A DNA stretch of 63,204 nucleotides, the filler included, from Folioceros fuciformis (taxonomy: Eukaryota), in NCBI GenBank assembly GCA_049999805.1. It is 6 parts of 6 records of this genome, joined end to end, with 100 filler letters (N's around TTAATTAATTAA, not from the genome) between each part and the next. Parts side by side here need not be neighbours in the genome. Positions count along the whole stretch, not along the records: positions 9,500 to 16,729 come from JBNGIO010004071.1; positions 16,830 to 39,700 come from JBNGIO010004072.1; 4 more parts are not named here. One strand, given 5' to 3'. A program made the position numbers and the translations under genes. Positions 12,049 to 24,567 of this stretch are shown here, piece after piece (within the stretch, counting starts at the first letter, position 1; each line of letters starts with the position of its first letter). Under the pieces are notes generated by a model that made no database searches, was not told where the DNA came from, and saw only the letters and a program-made list of their open reading frames with translations.

Positions 12049-15000
12049 TGGGGGAAAATATTGCACTCGGGGGTGCTACGAGGTCCACACAAACCCTCTT
12101 TGTCGTTATAGCAGTGGGATTTGATCCCAAGGGAATGATTTGTGCTAAATAACGCAGTTTTCTCACAAAAGTTAGCTACTGCCCAGGGTCAGTCTTTACC
12201 TACCTTCCGCCCTTCTTCCTCATTCAACTACCACTACCTCCGTCGCGACTCAGCTACCTCCGTCGTGACTCAGCTACCTCGAGCCTAGACTACCTAACGG
12301 ACCCACTTAGCTACCGGGGTGGGTCTCTTTAACTACCGGCTCTCGGCTACCTCGGGGACACTTCGACTACCTCAGCCCTTGATTACCTCAGCCCTTAACT
12401 GCCTGGGTGGTCGCGCCATAACAATTGTGGACTCTGCAACCTCGGTGGGGCCCACTCTCTCTCTCTCTCTCTCCTACTCTCTTTCTAACTCTAGGTGGAG
12501 CCTACCCTACCGGTTTCACTCAGAACTCACTCAACGGTTTGGGGTTTTACACTAAACCCAGAGCTTACGACCAGACATCCACACTCACCCCACTAGGCGT
12601 CACCGTCACACCCACCACAAACCGATTACATTAGAGCTACACTTGCCGACTCCGTGCCACCTCTGGCCACGATTAGACACTGCTATTCTTGGCCTTGCCT
12701 TCTTCCTCCCCCTCCGGATGTCTTCCTACTAGGATCCTCTCACGACTCCTACCCTACGCACATGGCGAACTCCCAACCCAACCCCCTACAACATCAGTCT
12801 CCTCATACAACGAATCTCCAGACTCTCTCCCTCCAATCGCACTCATTGAACATTGATCGCGCACAGCAGCTCTCGATCCACCAATATCACGGCGCTCACA
12901 GCACTTCAGGCCATTCACCACAACGTTCCTTACTCATGCGCTTCAGTCAAGGACTCAGACCAGGTTCCGACCACGACTCACTCACATCTACACACCACAC
13001 CCCGTCACTGTCTAAGCGGGGGTCACGTTCATCATCCACTTGCGTTTGCTTAAACAGCTCATCAGTCGCTCAAACAACCAACCACATCTTTGCCTTCCAA
13101 GCACACACCCACAACTCCTCCCTGGTCACTCAATCCCTTGATAGCTCACTCTCCAGACTGAGTTCCCTTTCCAACACCTACGGCCGCGACTTCCTCGTCA
13201 ACACACTCAAATTTTCAAACAACAGTCTCTCAATCTTGCTCTCCCATTCCACGCACGCACTGTCTCTTTCCCTCTCAGCTCACACACACCTCCCTCTCTT
13301 GGGATTTGTTCTCACACACCCTCAATTCCCAATCAACTCACGTCACTGAGCTTCCTTCCTCCAACTCGCCCCTCCGAGCTCTCTCCTNNNNNNNNNNNNN
13401 NNNNNNNNNNNNNNNNNNNNNNNNNNNNNNNNNNNNNNNNNNNNNNNNNNNNNNNNNNNNNNNNNNNNNNNNNNNNNNNNNNNNNNNAAGGAAACTAGGG
13501 GCTAAGGGAAGGTTTTTTCCACTTCCACTCCGAACTCACAGATTTGGTTACCTTCTACTCCTAGCGCCCTACGGGACCATGACGGGGATAGCTGGGAAGC
13601 ACGGCTCCCACTCGGCGAGGTTTCTCCTCCCGATTCATCCCTGAAACTTCCGTCACGGAGCAACCACCACCTGCACGCCATAGCTTCATAACGCTACGTG
13701 CGCTCGCCTGCTCGAACTTCCCTAAGTTGTAGCGCCCATCGCTAGGCTTTGGCAAGGTTGGAATGTTGGGCTGGTTTTTGCTAATTTTCTGAGGCCCAAC
13801 TCGGCCTCTTGTACACGCTAGTGGCGGGTTCTTTTTGCCATAAAGTCTGTTAGGGGTCAGTCAGCGCTCTTAATTTATGAGCCGCTTAGGTCCAAGCAAA
13901 AGCAATCTAAAAAAAACTAGCCTAGGATGCATTTACTATCTCCTCTCTCCTTGCCGCTGCCTTCTTCCTCCTGGCCGTCGCGGTCCTCCCTTCACTGGAT
14001 CACCTCTAGCCCTCCTACCCCGCCGTTGGTCGAGCAGATCCTCCCAGAGGACCTCCACCTCACTGCTGCTGCTGCTGGACCTCGTTGGCGGCAGCGCAGG
14101 TGGATCTCGTCGTAGGGGACCCCTCTCCTCCCTCCGTCGCCGATTGTTGAGGATGAGGACAAGCTCCCGCTCAACCCACTGATGCGCCTCCTCGTCAGTC
14201 AGCTCCACCAGGGCTGCCTCGGAATAGTAGTGAGGTAGTCCCCACACCCTCCAGCGGTAGTAGTAGGACCCACTGAGGGTCCTTACTTGCAGGCCGTAGC
14301 CCCGCGTCCCTCCTAAGCCCCTTCCTCCCTTGGGCTACCTCGGGCTGCCTGCCCTCTATTCTCCTGGGGTATTGGAGGTTCCTCCATTTCCCCAGCTACC
14401 GCTCCACCCTGCTCAATCCTTCTAGCGTGAGTCGCCCTTCCAGAATGTTGGGTCGCAGGCGCCTCCACTACCACCTCTTCGACTACCAGGGTCGGGGCTT
14501 CCGCTACCGGCGTTGTCTCTCCTCTACTGGTAGCCTCTTTGGCTACCCCGCAGGATTTTGCCCTACCACTTCACCCGCTCTTTGGCCTCGTCCCGTTCTC
14601 GCTTGTACCTATCGGCCAGTTTCTGGCCTTGCTCCACTGAGGCCGCTTCCTGCTCCTAGGCCCTGGCTACCTCCTTTTGCATCTCCAAGTTAGTTCCATG
14701 GGCTTCCCTCACTTGAGCTAGGAGCGACTCCTGCTGCTCCTTTAGCGCCTGAACCTCTGCCCTCGCCTGGCGGGCCTCTTCCTCCACTTGTGTCTTGGCT
14801 ACGCTCAGGGACTGTTGCTTCTCTTCTGTTGTGCTATCTCAGACTCCGCCAGCTACCTCCAAGCTTCAGCCTCCTTCTCTCGCTCCTCCGCCTACTTGCC
14901 CCGAGCCTCTGCCTCCCTTTTCGCCTGCATACTTAGCTAGGTCAGCGCTCTAGCCGCCTGGTCCAGCAAATCCGCCTGAGCCTGCACCATCGCTGAGGTC

Positions 15001-15200
15001 AGTCTTGGCACATCCACCTCCTGCAACTCCCCCACATGAGCAATCCCCCTATTCGTAATCTGCTTCCCCAACAACACTCGCAGCATCTCTAGGTCTCCTG
15101 CCTGCAGCCTGTCCAACAAAGGAATCCTCCTAAAAATTTCTTCCCATCCTAGGAAGGGTTCCTATTCTAGAGTGTGCCCTACTTTGCTCATCACCTTAGG
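12049..15200 (-). mobile_element. Degenerate repeat element, copy 3 (ORF remnant, 3' region, LTR-like end at ~12049); contains an N gap
   Basis: QADLLDQAARALT and WGLPHYYSEAALVEL homologues. 12050-12160 is the reverse complement of 9640-9750. Confidence 0.65.
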
Positions 15201-16440
15201 TAGGGCTCGCCGAGCCAGAGACTGCTGCTGGAGTCGGGCGGCGCGGACAGCTTAGAGGAAGAGACTCCCACCAGGCAGAAGAGGAAGGCGGGGGCAAGGA
15301 AGAAGACTCCTACTAAAAGGAGACGAGCCAATGGGTAGGTGTGGAGACCACATGGTGGATAGGCCCCTTAGAAAATGGGTGGTATTTGTTTTTTTTTGGA
15401 GTTTTGATAGAATTCCTTGGAGAGGTAATTAGGAAACTATGTTAGATAAGGCTAGATTAAATAGGATGATCAGAGATAGTGGTGATGCAGTTTAGAAAGT
15501 CAACAATCGTCTAACTAGCCCGTGGCTATGGAAAATGTGAAGTATGGGGTAGGTGTGCCCGTGGAGAGGGACGCCGGTGTGTGTGGAACCCTAAGTCGGG
15601 CGTGTGAGGGTGAGTTGGGGCCTCGGGAGCGTGCGGGAGGCGGTTGGGCATAGGCATGGGGGTGGCGTGCTTAGACTTGCCATGGCCTTGCCCAGGTGCG
15701 CTGGGGGCTGAGGATCTTGAGAGCAGGCAGGCTGGGCCTCGTGGGAAGGTTGCCTGGTCGGAGCTTGGAGTCAGCAGCGGCCTGGCCGTGCGACCAGCAG
15801 GGCTGACTAGCTGGTTGCATCGGCGGCAGGATGGCAGGGGCCTGGCCGTCGGATCCGGCCGGCTGGTCGAGGATGGGCCAGGCGGGACGGGTCATGACGG
15901 GAAGACTAGTCGGGCTGCTGGATTTGCGCGGCAGGGTTAGAGCCAGTTTTAGATGATTGGGCGCAGGGGTGCAAGTTTCCAGGCGAGGGCCTGGAGCTGA
16001 GCAGCGGCTGGCGCTGAGGCCAGGCGGGCTGTAGGCAGGTAGGCCGGCTTGCAACGGCCTGGCAGATGCCGGATCACCAGGCAGCCAGGCAGCCCCCTGG
16101 CGGCTGGCAGCAAGGGCTGAGACGGCTAGCCAGCGAGATCAGGTGGCCTCCAGGGTGAATCAGGTGACAGGTCTCCAGAGGCGCTTGCGGCTTGGCCGGA
16201 TCTGGAGGGGCAGCAAGCCTCTGGCAGGTGGCGGGACCCAGGCAAGCAGGAGGTCGTGCATCCAGGCTAGTGCAAGGGAATTGAACCTAGACAGGCCATG
16301 GCGGCTGAGTAGGGGGCCGAGTCGTAGCGATCCACTGGCCGGGACAGAGTCGGGTAGGGGCTGGCTGGCGAGCACGTCCTCCTTGCTAGCCGGATCTAGC
16401 CAGCTCGGAGCTAGCCAGGCGGCGGTTGTGGCAGCCTGCA

Positions 16441-16729
16441 GGCGGATCTGCTGGCTAGCTACCTGGCTAGATCCAGGAGGACAGGCCGGCCTGGCATGCG
16501 GTCTGGAGGGTGGCTGGGCCACCGGCAGCCTGGCTGGTCGGCGGATCTGCTGGCTGGCTGCCTAGCTAGATCCAGAAGGACAGGCCGGCCTGGCATGCGG
16601 TCTGGAGGGTGGCTTGGCCACCGGCAGCCTGGCTGGTCGGCGGATCTGCTGGCTGGCTGCCTGGCTAGATCCAGGAGAACAGGCCGGCCTGGCATGCGGT
16701 CTGGAGGGTGGCTGGGCCACCGGCAGCCT
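16441..16729. repeat. GC-rich 99-bp tandem repeat, about 3 copies, running into a gap
   Basis: The unit gcggatctgctggct...caccggcagcctggctggtcg recurs at 99-bp spacing; translations repeat every 33 aa. Confidence 0.9.
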
Positions 16730-16773
16730 NNNNNNNNNNNNNNNNNNNNNNNNNNNNNNNNNNNNNNNNNNNN

Positions 16774-16785
16774 TTAATTAATTAA
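16774..16785. other. Artificial scaffold linker TTAATTAATTAA
   Basis: Spacer within an N-run. Confidence 0.95.
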
Positions 16786-16879
16786 NNNNNNNNNNNNNNN
16801 NNNNNNNNNNNNNNNNNNNNNNNNNNNNNTTGGGGGGGTGTATCTTAAATAGAATTTGCGTTCGTTGATGCTGGGAAAC

Positions 16880-17140
16880 ATCCTGCTCATGTTCACCATT
16901 GTTGTAGCTAGATCACTACCTTTGCTTTATCACTAGTTTGAATTTCAGGGCCTTGGCAATCACTACCCGCTTTTAAGATTCGAAGGGAGATGTTGTGAGG
17001 AGAGCACATGCTAAAGGCTCTTGCCTTGTTTAGTGTGTAAGAGGTTATGTGGAGAGCACATCTCAAGCCTTCTTCAGAAACGTAGTCATCCACTCTACTC
17101 CAAGGGATATAAGCAAGCTTCAAGTCCTTCACCACCTGCC
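16880..17140 (-). pseudogene. Degenerate fragment resembling the N-terminus of plant SWIM-zinc-finger (MULE-derived) proteins
   Basis: LAYIPWSRVDDYVSEE and, after a frameshift, KVVI/YNNGEH resemble IP..RVDDF..GE and ALVIYN.DKH motifs recalled for this family. Confidence 0.35.
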
Positions 17141-18016
17141 AACTTAGATCGTTTGCACTAAACTGCCCAAGTTACGGCGATTGAATGAACAATAGATACT
17201 CCATGGACAAAGACATGCAAGCTCCTTCACCGCTCTTTGCTTGTGTTAGGGTAAGCAAACAACGAAAATGAGCTTGCTGCTTTACTTTGTAGATGTTTGA
17301 AGGAGAGTGATCTTGCACCTGGTTTTAAACCCAGTTTATGACCCGTGTACGGTTGTAGACACCATGCGCGATGTAGTTCAACCCACCAAGTGGGTTGTAG
17401 TGAAAGGTTATGCCACCATTTGTTTGTGGAGAACCCTAGGTTGTATACAAGGGGGCTACATTAGTAGAGAGAGTGACAAGGACATGGGCATGCCTTGCCA
17501 CATAGAAGTTAGATGGTCTGATGCAAGGAGATTGAGAAGTGGTGTGAAGGGACATAGTGATTTTGATCTTGTGTTTACTCCTTTAGGGACTTGAGTAGAT
17601 AGTGTTTCCATCTCTTCTTTCATAGTATCTCATCTAGTATGGATGTTCTTTCAATAAAGACATAAGGTGTATCCCAATGAATGAGAAAATATTATGAACC
17701 TTTGTCTAGAGCACTATTAATAAAGTTTTGGAGTAGTTAGTCAACTAAGTAGACAATCAAGCAATTAAGTCACCATGTTCTAGTTCCCAGAAAATCAAGC
17801 TCTGGTCACGTACGCGTAAATCTCATCGCAAATTGAAGAAGTCCTAAGCAATTAATTTCTCCCGCAAGAAGTTCCGCTCATGTCTATGACAGGGAGTCAG
17901 GGACTGTTGGACCCATCGAACGGGCAAGTCCTGTTAGCGAATATGGTCATCCCATCAATTCGTAGTGATTTTCTCAGTGCTCCTTGTTAAACCTTGAGTG
18001 GAAAACAAGTCCATGA

Positions 18017-19525
18017 TCACTCAGGGGTGTCGGAGTGTCCTAATCGCGCGCCAGGAAACAAAAAATCCTCCGTACACGCTTTGCTCCACTGCATTCCATC
18101 ACCCCGGGTGTTTCAGAGCAGGAGGAAAATCCTAGACATGTTGGCTGCAAATTGAGGATAAAAACAATCGCTTAGGACAAGCGCATGCATACTGTACCTC
18201 TGGGCCAAAGTAGGTGTCGAAAAGTTTTATGGCTGGATCACGTTCAGCGTTATACTGGTCATAGGCGTCCTGGCGAGCTTTCACGTACTCCACATGTTGG
18301 CTGTCTTCGACAGGAACAGCTGCATACAGTGCCTTCAGATATTGCTCCACGTATCCAACGTACACCGTGAATAGCTCTCCCTCCGGAACCTAGAACAACT
18401 TGAACATAAAGGGAAGGTTAGGCAGAACCCTTGCCTGGTTGACGAGCATAGGCCCTAATGCCATGCCCCAGAAATAGTGAGAACGGACATTAATTTCCGC
18501 AACTGCACACCTGTAAGATGGGGTCTTCAACACCTCGGTCAGATCGGTAGAAGATAAGCTGTTTTGAGAAGAATTGGTTCTCATCAAAATGGCGAGAGGA
18601 CATCCGCCCACAGTGTCGAACAAAAGAGTTTCTCACGGGAGCCAGGGCACCAGTATGCCTATCCAGATAAGCAGTGTCTTGCTCCAGGGGTAGAAAGTCT
18701 ATGACGCAGAGAATCTTACTGGCTCCCAGTGAAATGAGGTCGATGCCGAGCAAAGGCAGGTCGAATCTGGAGCGCGCTCATCCAAATGCACAATGCAGTT
18801 CAACTACGGTTCAGTAGAGCTACATAAGAAAGCAAAGTGCGAATAACCAAAAATTTGTATGTCCAGCGCACAGAATGGCTAACCTGGTGTCAGGATAGAG
18901 TAGGCAGTTGAAGGCTTGCCCTGCTGCGCCAGCCTCGAAGTACGTGAAACGGATGCGACGCAAACGCTCCCCGCACAGGAGCCAGTTGCAGCACCGTGCT
19001 GGCTTGGACCCTTTCCTGCTTCGTTTTAACCGCAGTTCCGAGGCCAAAGGGAGAAGACGCAAGTCAGGGACTCCTTCCACCAGCTTCCGCCAAATATGGT
19101 CCATGTAAGGTATGTATACAAGGTGAACCTCCTGCCCTCCTACAGACGCTCCCATTTCGTGCCCTGGAAGAAACTGCACACATCAACTTAGCAAGATACC
19201 CTGAAGTAAGCTGGCAGGGCTAAGCTGGTCACGCTCAAGATTGAGCAATTCGGACGACGGGACAAACCGTGGCAGGATCTGCCCATGAGTCCTCAGAGAC
19301 GGAGAAGCGAGACAAAGAATTCTCATGGTCAGAGGAGCGGGCCGCATCCCTGCCCCTGGAAGACGACGATGCTCCTGTCTTCAGCCGCCAGACATGACCA
19401 CTCTCAGGAAGGTCGCGGATCCTTCCTTTGGCAATCCATGGCGCCGTTCTGCCCGGAAGAGCCTCTCCTGATCCACTTGGCAAGCAGCTGGCAGAAGGGG
19501 CTGCCAACAGTCTGGAAAGCGACAT
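18017..19525 (-). CDS. PUBS: Ferredoxin-dependent bilin reductase, PebA lineage (phycourobilin synthase-like), probably plastid-targeted
   Basis: Exons 19525-19268, 19173-18884, 18766-18511, 18389-18198, 18088-18017. Motifs RRIRFTYFEAG, FNCLLYPD.RFDLPLLGIDL, VIDFLPL.QD..YLDR, FDENQFFS, QDAYDQYNAERDPA..LF..YFG.EWS...EDFLFP parallel PebA. Exon 1 is Ser/Arg-rich and transit-peptide-like. Confidence 0.85.
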
Positions 19526-20054
19526 CGGAGTGCGCGCGAGGTGGCGCAACAACCGGCATACCAGCGTGTATGGTTCAGAGGGGTTTTTTTTCTATGCACA
19601 AGCTCTGCACGAGGCGGACGTGTTGTCTGCCACAATAGGCGGTTGCTCATGTAGCAGGTTAGTCGGAGCCGCTTGTGTCGTGGGTAAGAAGTAGGTAGCA
19701 GGTTCGTAGCAATTTGTCATCCAATGATTGAACTTTGGTAACGCTCAGAAGCCTGACGTTACAAAACAGTACAGTAGGAGCGGTATGCAAACGATACTGT
19801 TCCTGGGTTACACGATCAATCCTAAAATTTTAACCGATGCTAGCTGGACCGAATTCCTCCTGGAGGCTTGACCTACTTGACACACGTCTGTAGATGAGAG
19901 GAAACAAATTCGACACATATTACCATCGCAGGGCTTTGGAAGCGTTCATCATCAGATCCAACTCTGCTGCCGCCGGTCAAGGATGAGTAAAACTTGGTTT
20001 GCGTGAGAGGGTCTTGTCCTGTGTTGCCTTGCCTTTGAAAGAAGTAAAGAAAAA

Positions 20055-20960
20055 TCACTCGGGCGCTTGGAACCTCATGAACCATCTGGCAACACGGTAG
20101 CCCGAGAGCACCGCCGAGGCCGCAAGGCAAACAAAGGAAGCGAAGCCCATACCAACCGACAGCTTGGCCTGTAAACAGAAGGCTTGAGCATCTCCGCAGG
20201 TGTACTGCCCCTGAATCTTCACCTCACCGTTTTGCAGGCTCTGGGCAATAGCAGCTCCAGCTGAAGCTGCGGAGAAGAGCAGGTAAGCAAAGCCCTGGAA
20301 GAGACATCCGCTAAATGTCACCGCAAGTGTAGACGTTGTAGCCACTGGGGGAAACAAGAAACAAAACTAGTCCCACTTCTCACAACATACCTGATCATGG
20401 CCGTAGTCAAACCACACAGCAAAGCCTTCCGGCATAAAAGTGGTGCCTGTCTGCAGAAGCCACAGGCCAAGTCCTGTTTCCGCGAGGGAGTAAGTCCCGA
20501 TGATAGCGTTCACAGCCAGAACATACCTGCATCAAGCCAGTAACATACTCCCCACCAGTCAGTCCCGATCCCGGTCCTCCTCGCCATCAGCGTTGCCGCA
20601 CAGCTATGCTTCAAAATTTTAAAAAAAAAAAAGCCTCGCACACCCCACCACACCACACTAAACCACACCCCTCCCAATCCACCACATCGAATTTACTCAC
20701 CGGTAGGCGTCATAGTCATACCACCGCACCTTGCTGGCAGCAGTGGCGACAGTATGACTGTTGGTAGCCATGAGCGCCACAGCGGCAACCGCAAAGCCGA
20801 AGGTAAGCAGGCGCAAGATCACCAGCAAGCGGTCGGAGTGGCGGTTCTTGTTCACGATTGCAGCGGCTCCGAAGTAGTGCACATCCTTGGAGGCAGCATG
20901 GTTCCCGTTCTCGGCGTCGCCGTAGTGCGTGAGCGTCCGCTCCTCAACCCCGAGAACCAT
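20055..20960 (-). CDS. CASP-like (CASPL, clade 4-like) four-TM membrane protein
   Basis: Exons 20960-20701, 20526-20391, 20294-20055: LRLLTFGFAVAAVALMATN...WYDYDAYRYVLAVNAIIGTYS...WFDYGHDQGFAYLLFSAASA...FCLQAKLSVGMGFASF. Confidence 0.9.
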
Positions 20961-22797
20961 GGCCGTACGTGCAAACTGCACGCCACTCCCTCCTCCTTCC
21001 CCGAACCTCCAGAGACAGTACCGCACTTTGCTCGAGCTCCCTCAGGCTCGCACCATCGATTACTCCCAAACCAGCTCCAATCCGACAGCAAGCTCGCGTT
21101 GCCTCACCTCCCTGCTCAACCGTGCTCTGCTCCTCCACGCCAACTCGTGCGCTTCCCGACTTGGTGAATGCGCCGCTCGAGGCCGCGCATTCATACGAAG
21201 GCGGGCCGGGCTGAGCTTAGCGGTAGCGCGGCTAAAAATGGCGAGCGGGAGAGTAGCCGCATCGCCCTGCGCGCCCGGGAGGGCAGGCGCACGCACGCGC
21301 CTGGCCGCTACCGCCGCGGTCGCGGCTGCAGACAACCGGTCGCCGGTTCAATCTACTCTGCACTGCACGCTGTTGGCGGTAAACGTGGTCCTGTTACGCA
21401 GAGGAAGAGGTGCTAAGCGGACAAGCCAACCGTGGGGTTGGGCCAAGGTTGTGGGTAAAAGTCTCACCTCCAACGAACTGTTCATGAACATCACTGCCAG
21501 CCGATTGGTCCACGAGTGTCAGAAATGAACGTGGGGTGCATTCAGCGGGAAAGACGGTTGTTGGTTCGTCAGCTTGGGTTGTGGACGTATTATTCGCGTA
21601 TGCCTTCCAATTGGGGTATGAGGCTGGGGCCGCCAAGCTCCAAGTTGCTTCCAACCTGCTGTTCTCTTACAAAAGACGGTTCAGGTGCGTACATATCTAG
21701 CCTAACCATAAAACAAGGCCCCACTAATACAGTACTTGATGCACCTGGAGTCCATGGAGTCCGCAGATTTGTGCCCAGTTCAGGTGGCGAGCGTGAAAGC
21801 CTGGCATGAGCTTGTGGTTGGTAGGCGACTTGTCGAGGGCGGATGCGAAAGTGGCTCCGGCCATGGGCTATGGTCACGCTGGGGGTGTGACGGAAGCTGG
21901 TTACTAGTGCTCGGCAGCCACTGTCTGTTGTCTCCTGTCAACAACCAGGATGCAGTGGCCTTCGCAATTAGGAGGAAGGTAAGCGGCGTGCTGACTCGGT
22001 CTCATGGGCTGTAAATTCTCTGGTTCCTTGCTTAATTGCAGCTCGTACGGGGGCGTTGGTGAAGCAGAGACTAAAGAAAAGAAACGCTTGGTCGGGGCCA
22101 CTGGGCCAGGCAGATAAGCGGGGAGGTAGGCCCGTGAGGGCGAGGCTGACTCGGATGGCTGGCAGATGCTGCAACCTCTTGCGCACAGGTGCGATCCTTC
22201 AGTACCGGTGACGAAGGATGATATAGGAAACTGTCCTCGGGAAGGCATCCAAGAACCTCAAGAAACTGTGACGTGGTACTGTATGAGAATGTTTGTATGG
22301 TTTCGTATGGAGGGGTATGGCAAGGAGAACAGCTTTGAATTTCTGCTCATCTCCATAGCTTACGGAGTGGAGTGGAGGAGGTCTGATGTCGTAGCATCCG
22401 GATGAAGCCCGCCGGCGTTTTGGAAGGAGGGGTGGGGAGCTAGAGGGACTTGCCGACTGAAGCCCTTTGAAATGAAATGGAAGTCTGTTCGCTCACTTGC
22501 CGGAAAGGTGTCGTTCCAGGACTCAGCACACAGAGCCGGGCAACCAGGGGCCCATCGGTGAGATGACAAGTCCTCCAGCCTGTTGGGAAGGAAGCCTTGG
22601 AGGATTGGCAGCTGAGGTGGCAGAAGCGCGAGACAACACGCGGCGCCTACGTGGAGAGCTGGCTGCTGCGGGGCCTGAAGTCAGGCTGCTGCCAGACGGA
22701 GCGTCCTGGGAGAGTTGTGTGCGGTGGGCGAACGGTGGAGCTGGAAGTGGAGCTGGAGCTACTGCTGCTGCTGCTGCGGCTGCTTTGTGTGGCGACG

Positions 22798-24037
22798 ATG
22801 CATCAGGTGGAGCGTCCGAGTGAGCCCCGGGCGGGAGCGTTCGCGGGGGAGATGGAGGCGGTGTCGGTTTCGATCAAGGCGGAAATGGCCACCAGGCAGG
22901 CGGCGCTGCACGATGAGGGCGGGGAGGAGGCGGGAGCAGCTACGGAGGATGGTTCCTTGCGCAACGGCGCGGGCCGGGGCGAGAGCTCCAGGATGCAGCC
23001 GCAGGTGCTGTACGGCTGTGCGGTGCTGCACAACTTGCTGGGGCACCCGATGGAGGACCTGCACGTCGCGGAGATACGGGAGATGGGCGACGACGCGGAG
23101 GTGGGTTTGTTCGCCGTCTTCGACTCGCACTGCGGCACCGAGGTTGCGGCCTTCCTCCAGCGCAGGCTCTTCGATAACATCATTTCGGAGGGTGGAGTGT
23201 GGTGGGATCCCGCCGGGGCCACCCGCGACGGCTACCTCTTGACGGATAGGCAGGTGATACTCGATTGATCCAACAGTATGAAGAAAAGACACAATCAGTC
23301 ACACTCGCTGCACGGAATTCGTAAACTTTGCACACCACTTGCCTTTGTGTCCATGTCGTGTTGAACTCGTGTGGTGTTGGGCAGATTCTGGAGGGATCTG
23401 CCCAACTCCCTGCCATGGCCGGCAGCACGGCCGTCACGGCCATGATTATGGAGCACGGCAGCAGGCTGGTGGTGGCAAACTTGGGGGACTCCCGTGCGGT
23501 GCTCAGCAAGGATGGGGTCGCTGTGCAGCTCTCTGTCGATCACAACCCTGGCCGGCCCACGGAGCGGGCCAACGTGGAAATGCGTGGGGGAGTGGTCACC
23601 AGCTTGCCCGGTCAGTCACACTCTCCCACTCAGTCACACCTTTCTTCCTTCCTTTCTCACTCCGCTGAGATTCCAACAAGTCTCTTTCGAATCATCCGCC
23701 TTCTAATCGTGCGCTCCATCTTTGTGTGGTTGTTACAGGTGACGTGCCCAGAGTGGATGGGCAACTGGCTGTGGCAAGAGCTTTCGGCGATAAGTCTTTG
23801 AAGGATCATATGAGTGCCAAGCCGGACGTGACGGATCAGTTGATCGACCTTTCCTGCGAGTATCTTATTCTGGGCAGCAATGGCCTCTGGTTTGCTTTCA
23901 GTAATCAGGATGCTGTGGATTTTGTCCGGGGTATTCAGGATCCATTGGAAGCTGCTAAGCGGCTTGTGCAAGAGGCTCGCAATCGCGGTAGTGAAGATGA
24001 TGTAACAGCTCTAGTTATCAGATTTAAGGAACTGTGA
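22798..24037 (+). CDS. Protein phosphatase 2C family (clade F-like) with altered metal-binding motifs
   Basis: Exons ~22798-23253, 23385-23610, 23739-24037: HPMEDLHVA, LFAVFDSHCG, GSTAVT, VANLGDSRAV, LSVDHNP, VPRVDGQLAVARAFGDKSLK, ILGSNGLW, SEDDVT. Start codon uncertain (22798 or 22852). Confidence 0.88.
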
Positions 24038-24567
24038 TAAATCTACTGTGTCATCTACAACGACTGTAATAGTTTCAATTTTGATGTATAAATTTAACAA
24101 CTTTTTTGCGTCGTAATGGCAAATGGTGCTCAATCACATTTCACCCCAGGAATACGCAACTTCCACCTTAAAAAACTCGTGTCACCAGCCAACATCCAGT
24201 ATCTTCTTCCTACTACAGACCCTCGACGTCAAGCAATAAACCCTCCCCCCACCGCAAGAGAAAAAGCTATTTCGCTACACCTATGATTCACTAGCTCGAT
24301 TAAAAAATTGATCCCAGGCCTCGAAGACCACATGCCAACCAGCCAATACCAACTGACCAACCAATGCCAACCACCAAATCGAACTTGCTACAACGACATA
24401 ACACCTTCCATTTACTGTCCAGATAGATAGTTTCCATCGCTGCTTCATCGTTCTCGAAACATTCCCGTTTCGGGGTCCTCAAGACCTAGAGAGTTCAAAC
24501 ACAGACTTAGAGTGAGTCGTCTGCGGACACTCTCCGAAACGACGGATTTTCTTGGGCCTGCGTCTTC

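Noticed and set aside
12654-13349. 231-aa Ser/His/Thr-rich ORF
   Set aside because: Explained by the C/A-skewed low-complexity composition of the repeat element's non-coding region.
16143-16777. ORFs with 33-aa repeats
   Set aside because: Open in several frames on both strands because of the GC-rich 99-bp tandem repeat; no evidence of coding.
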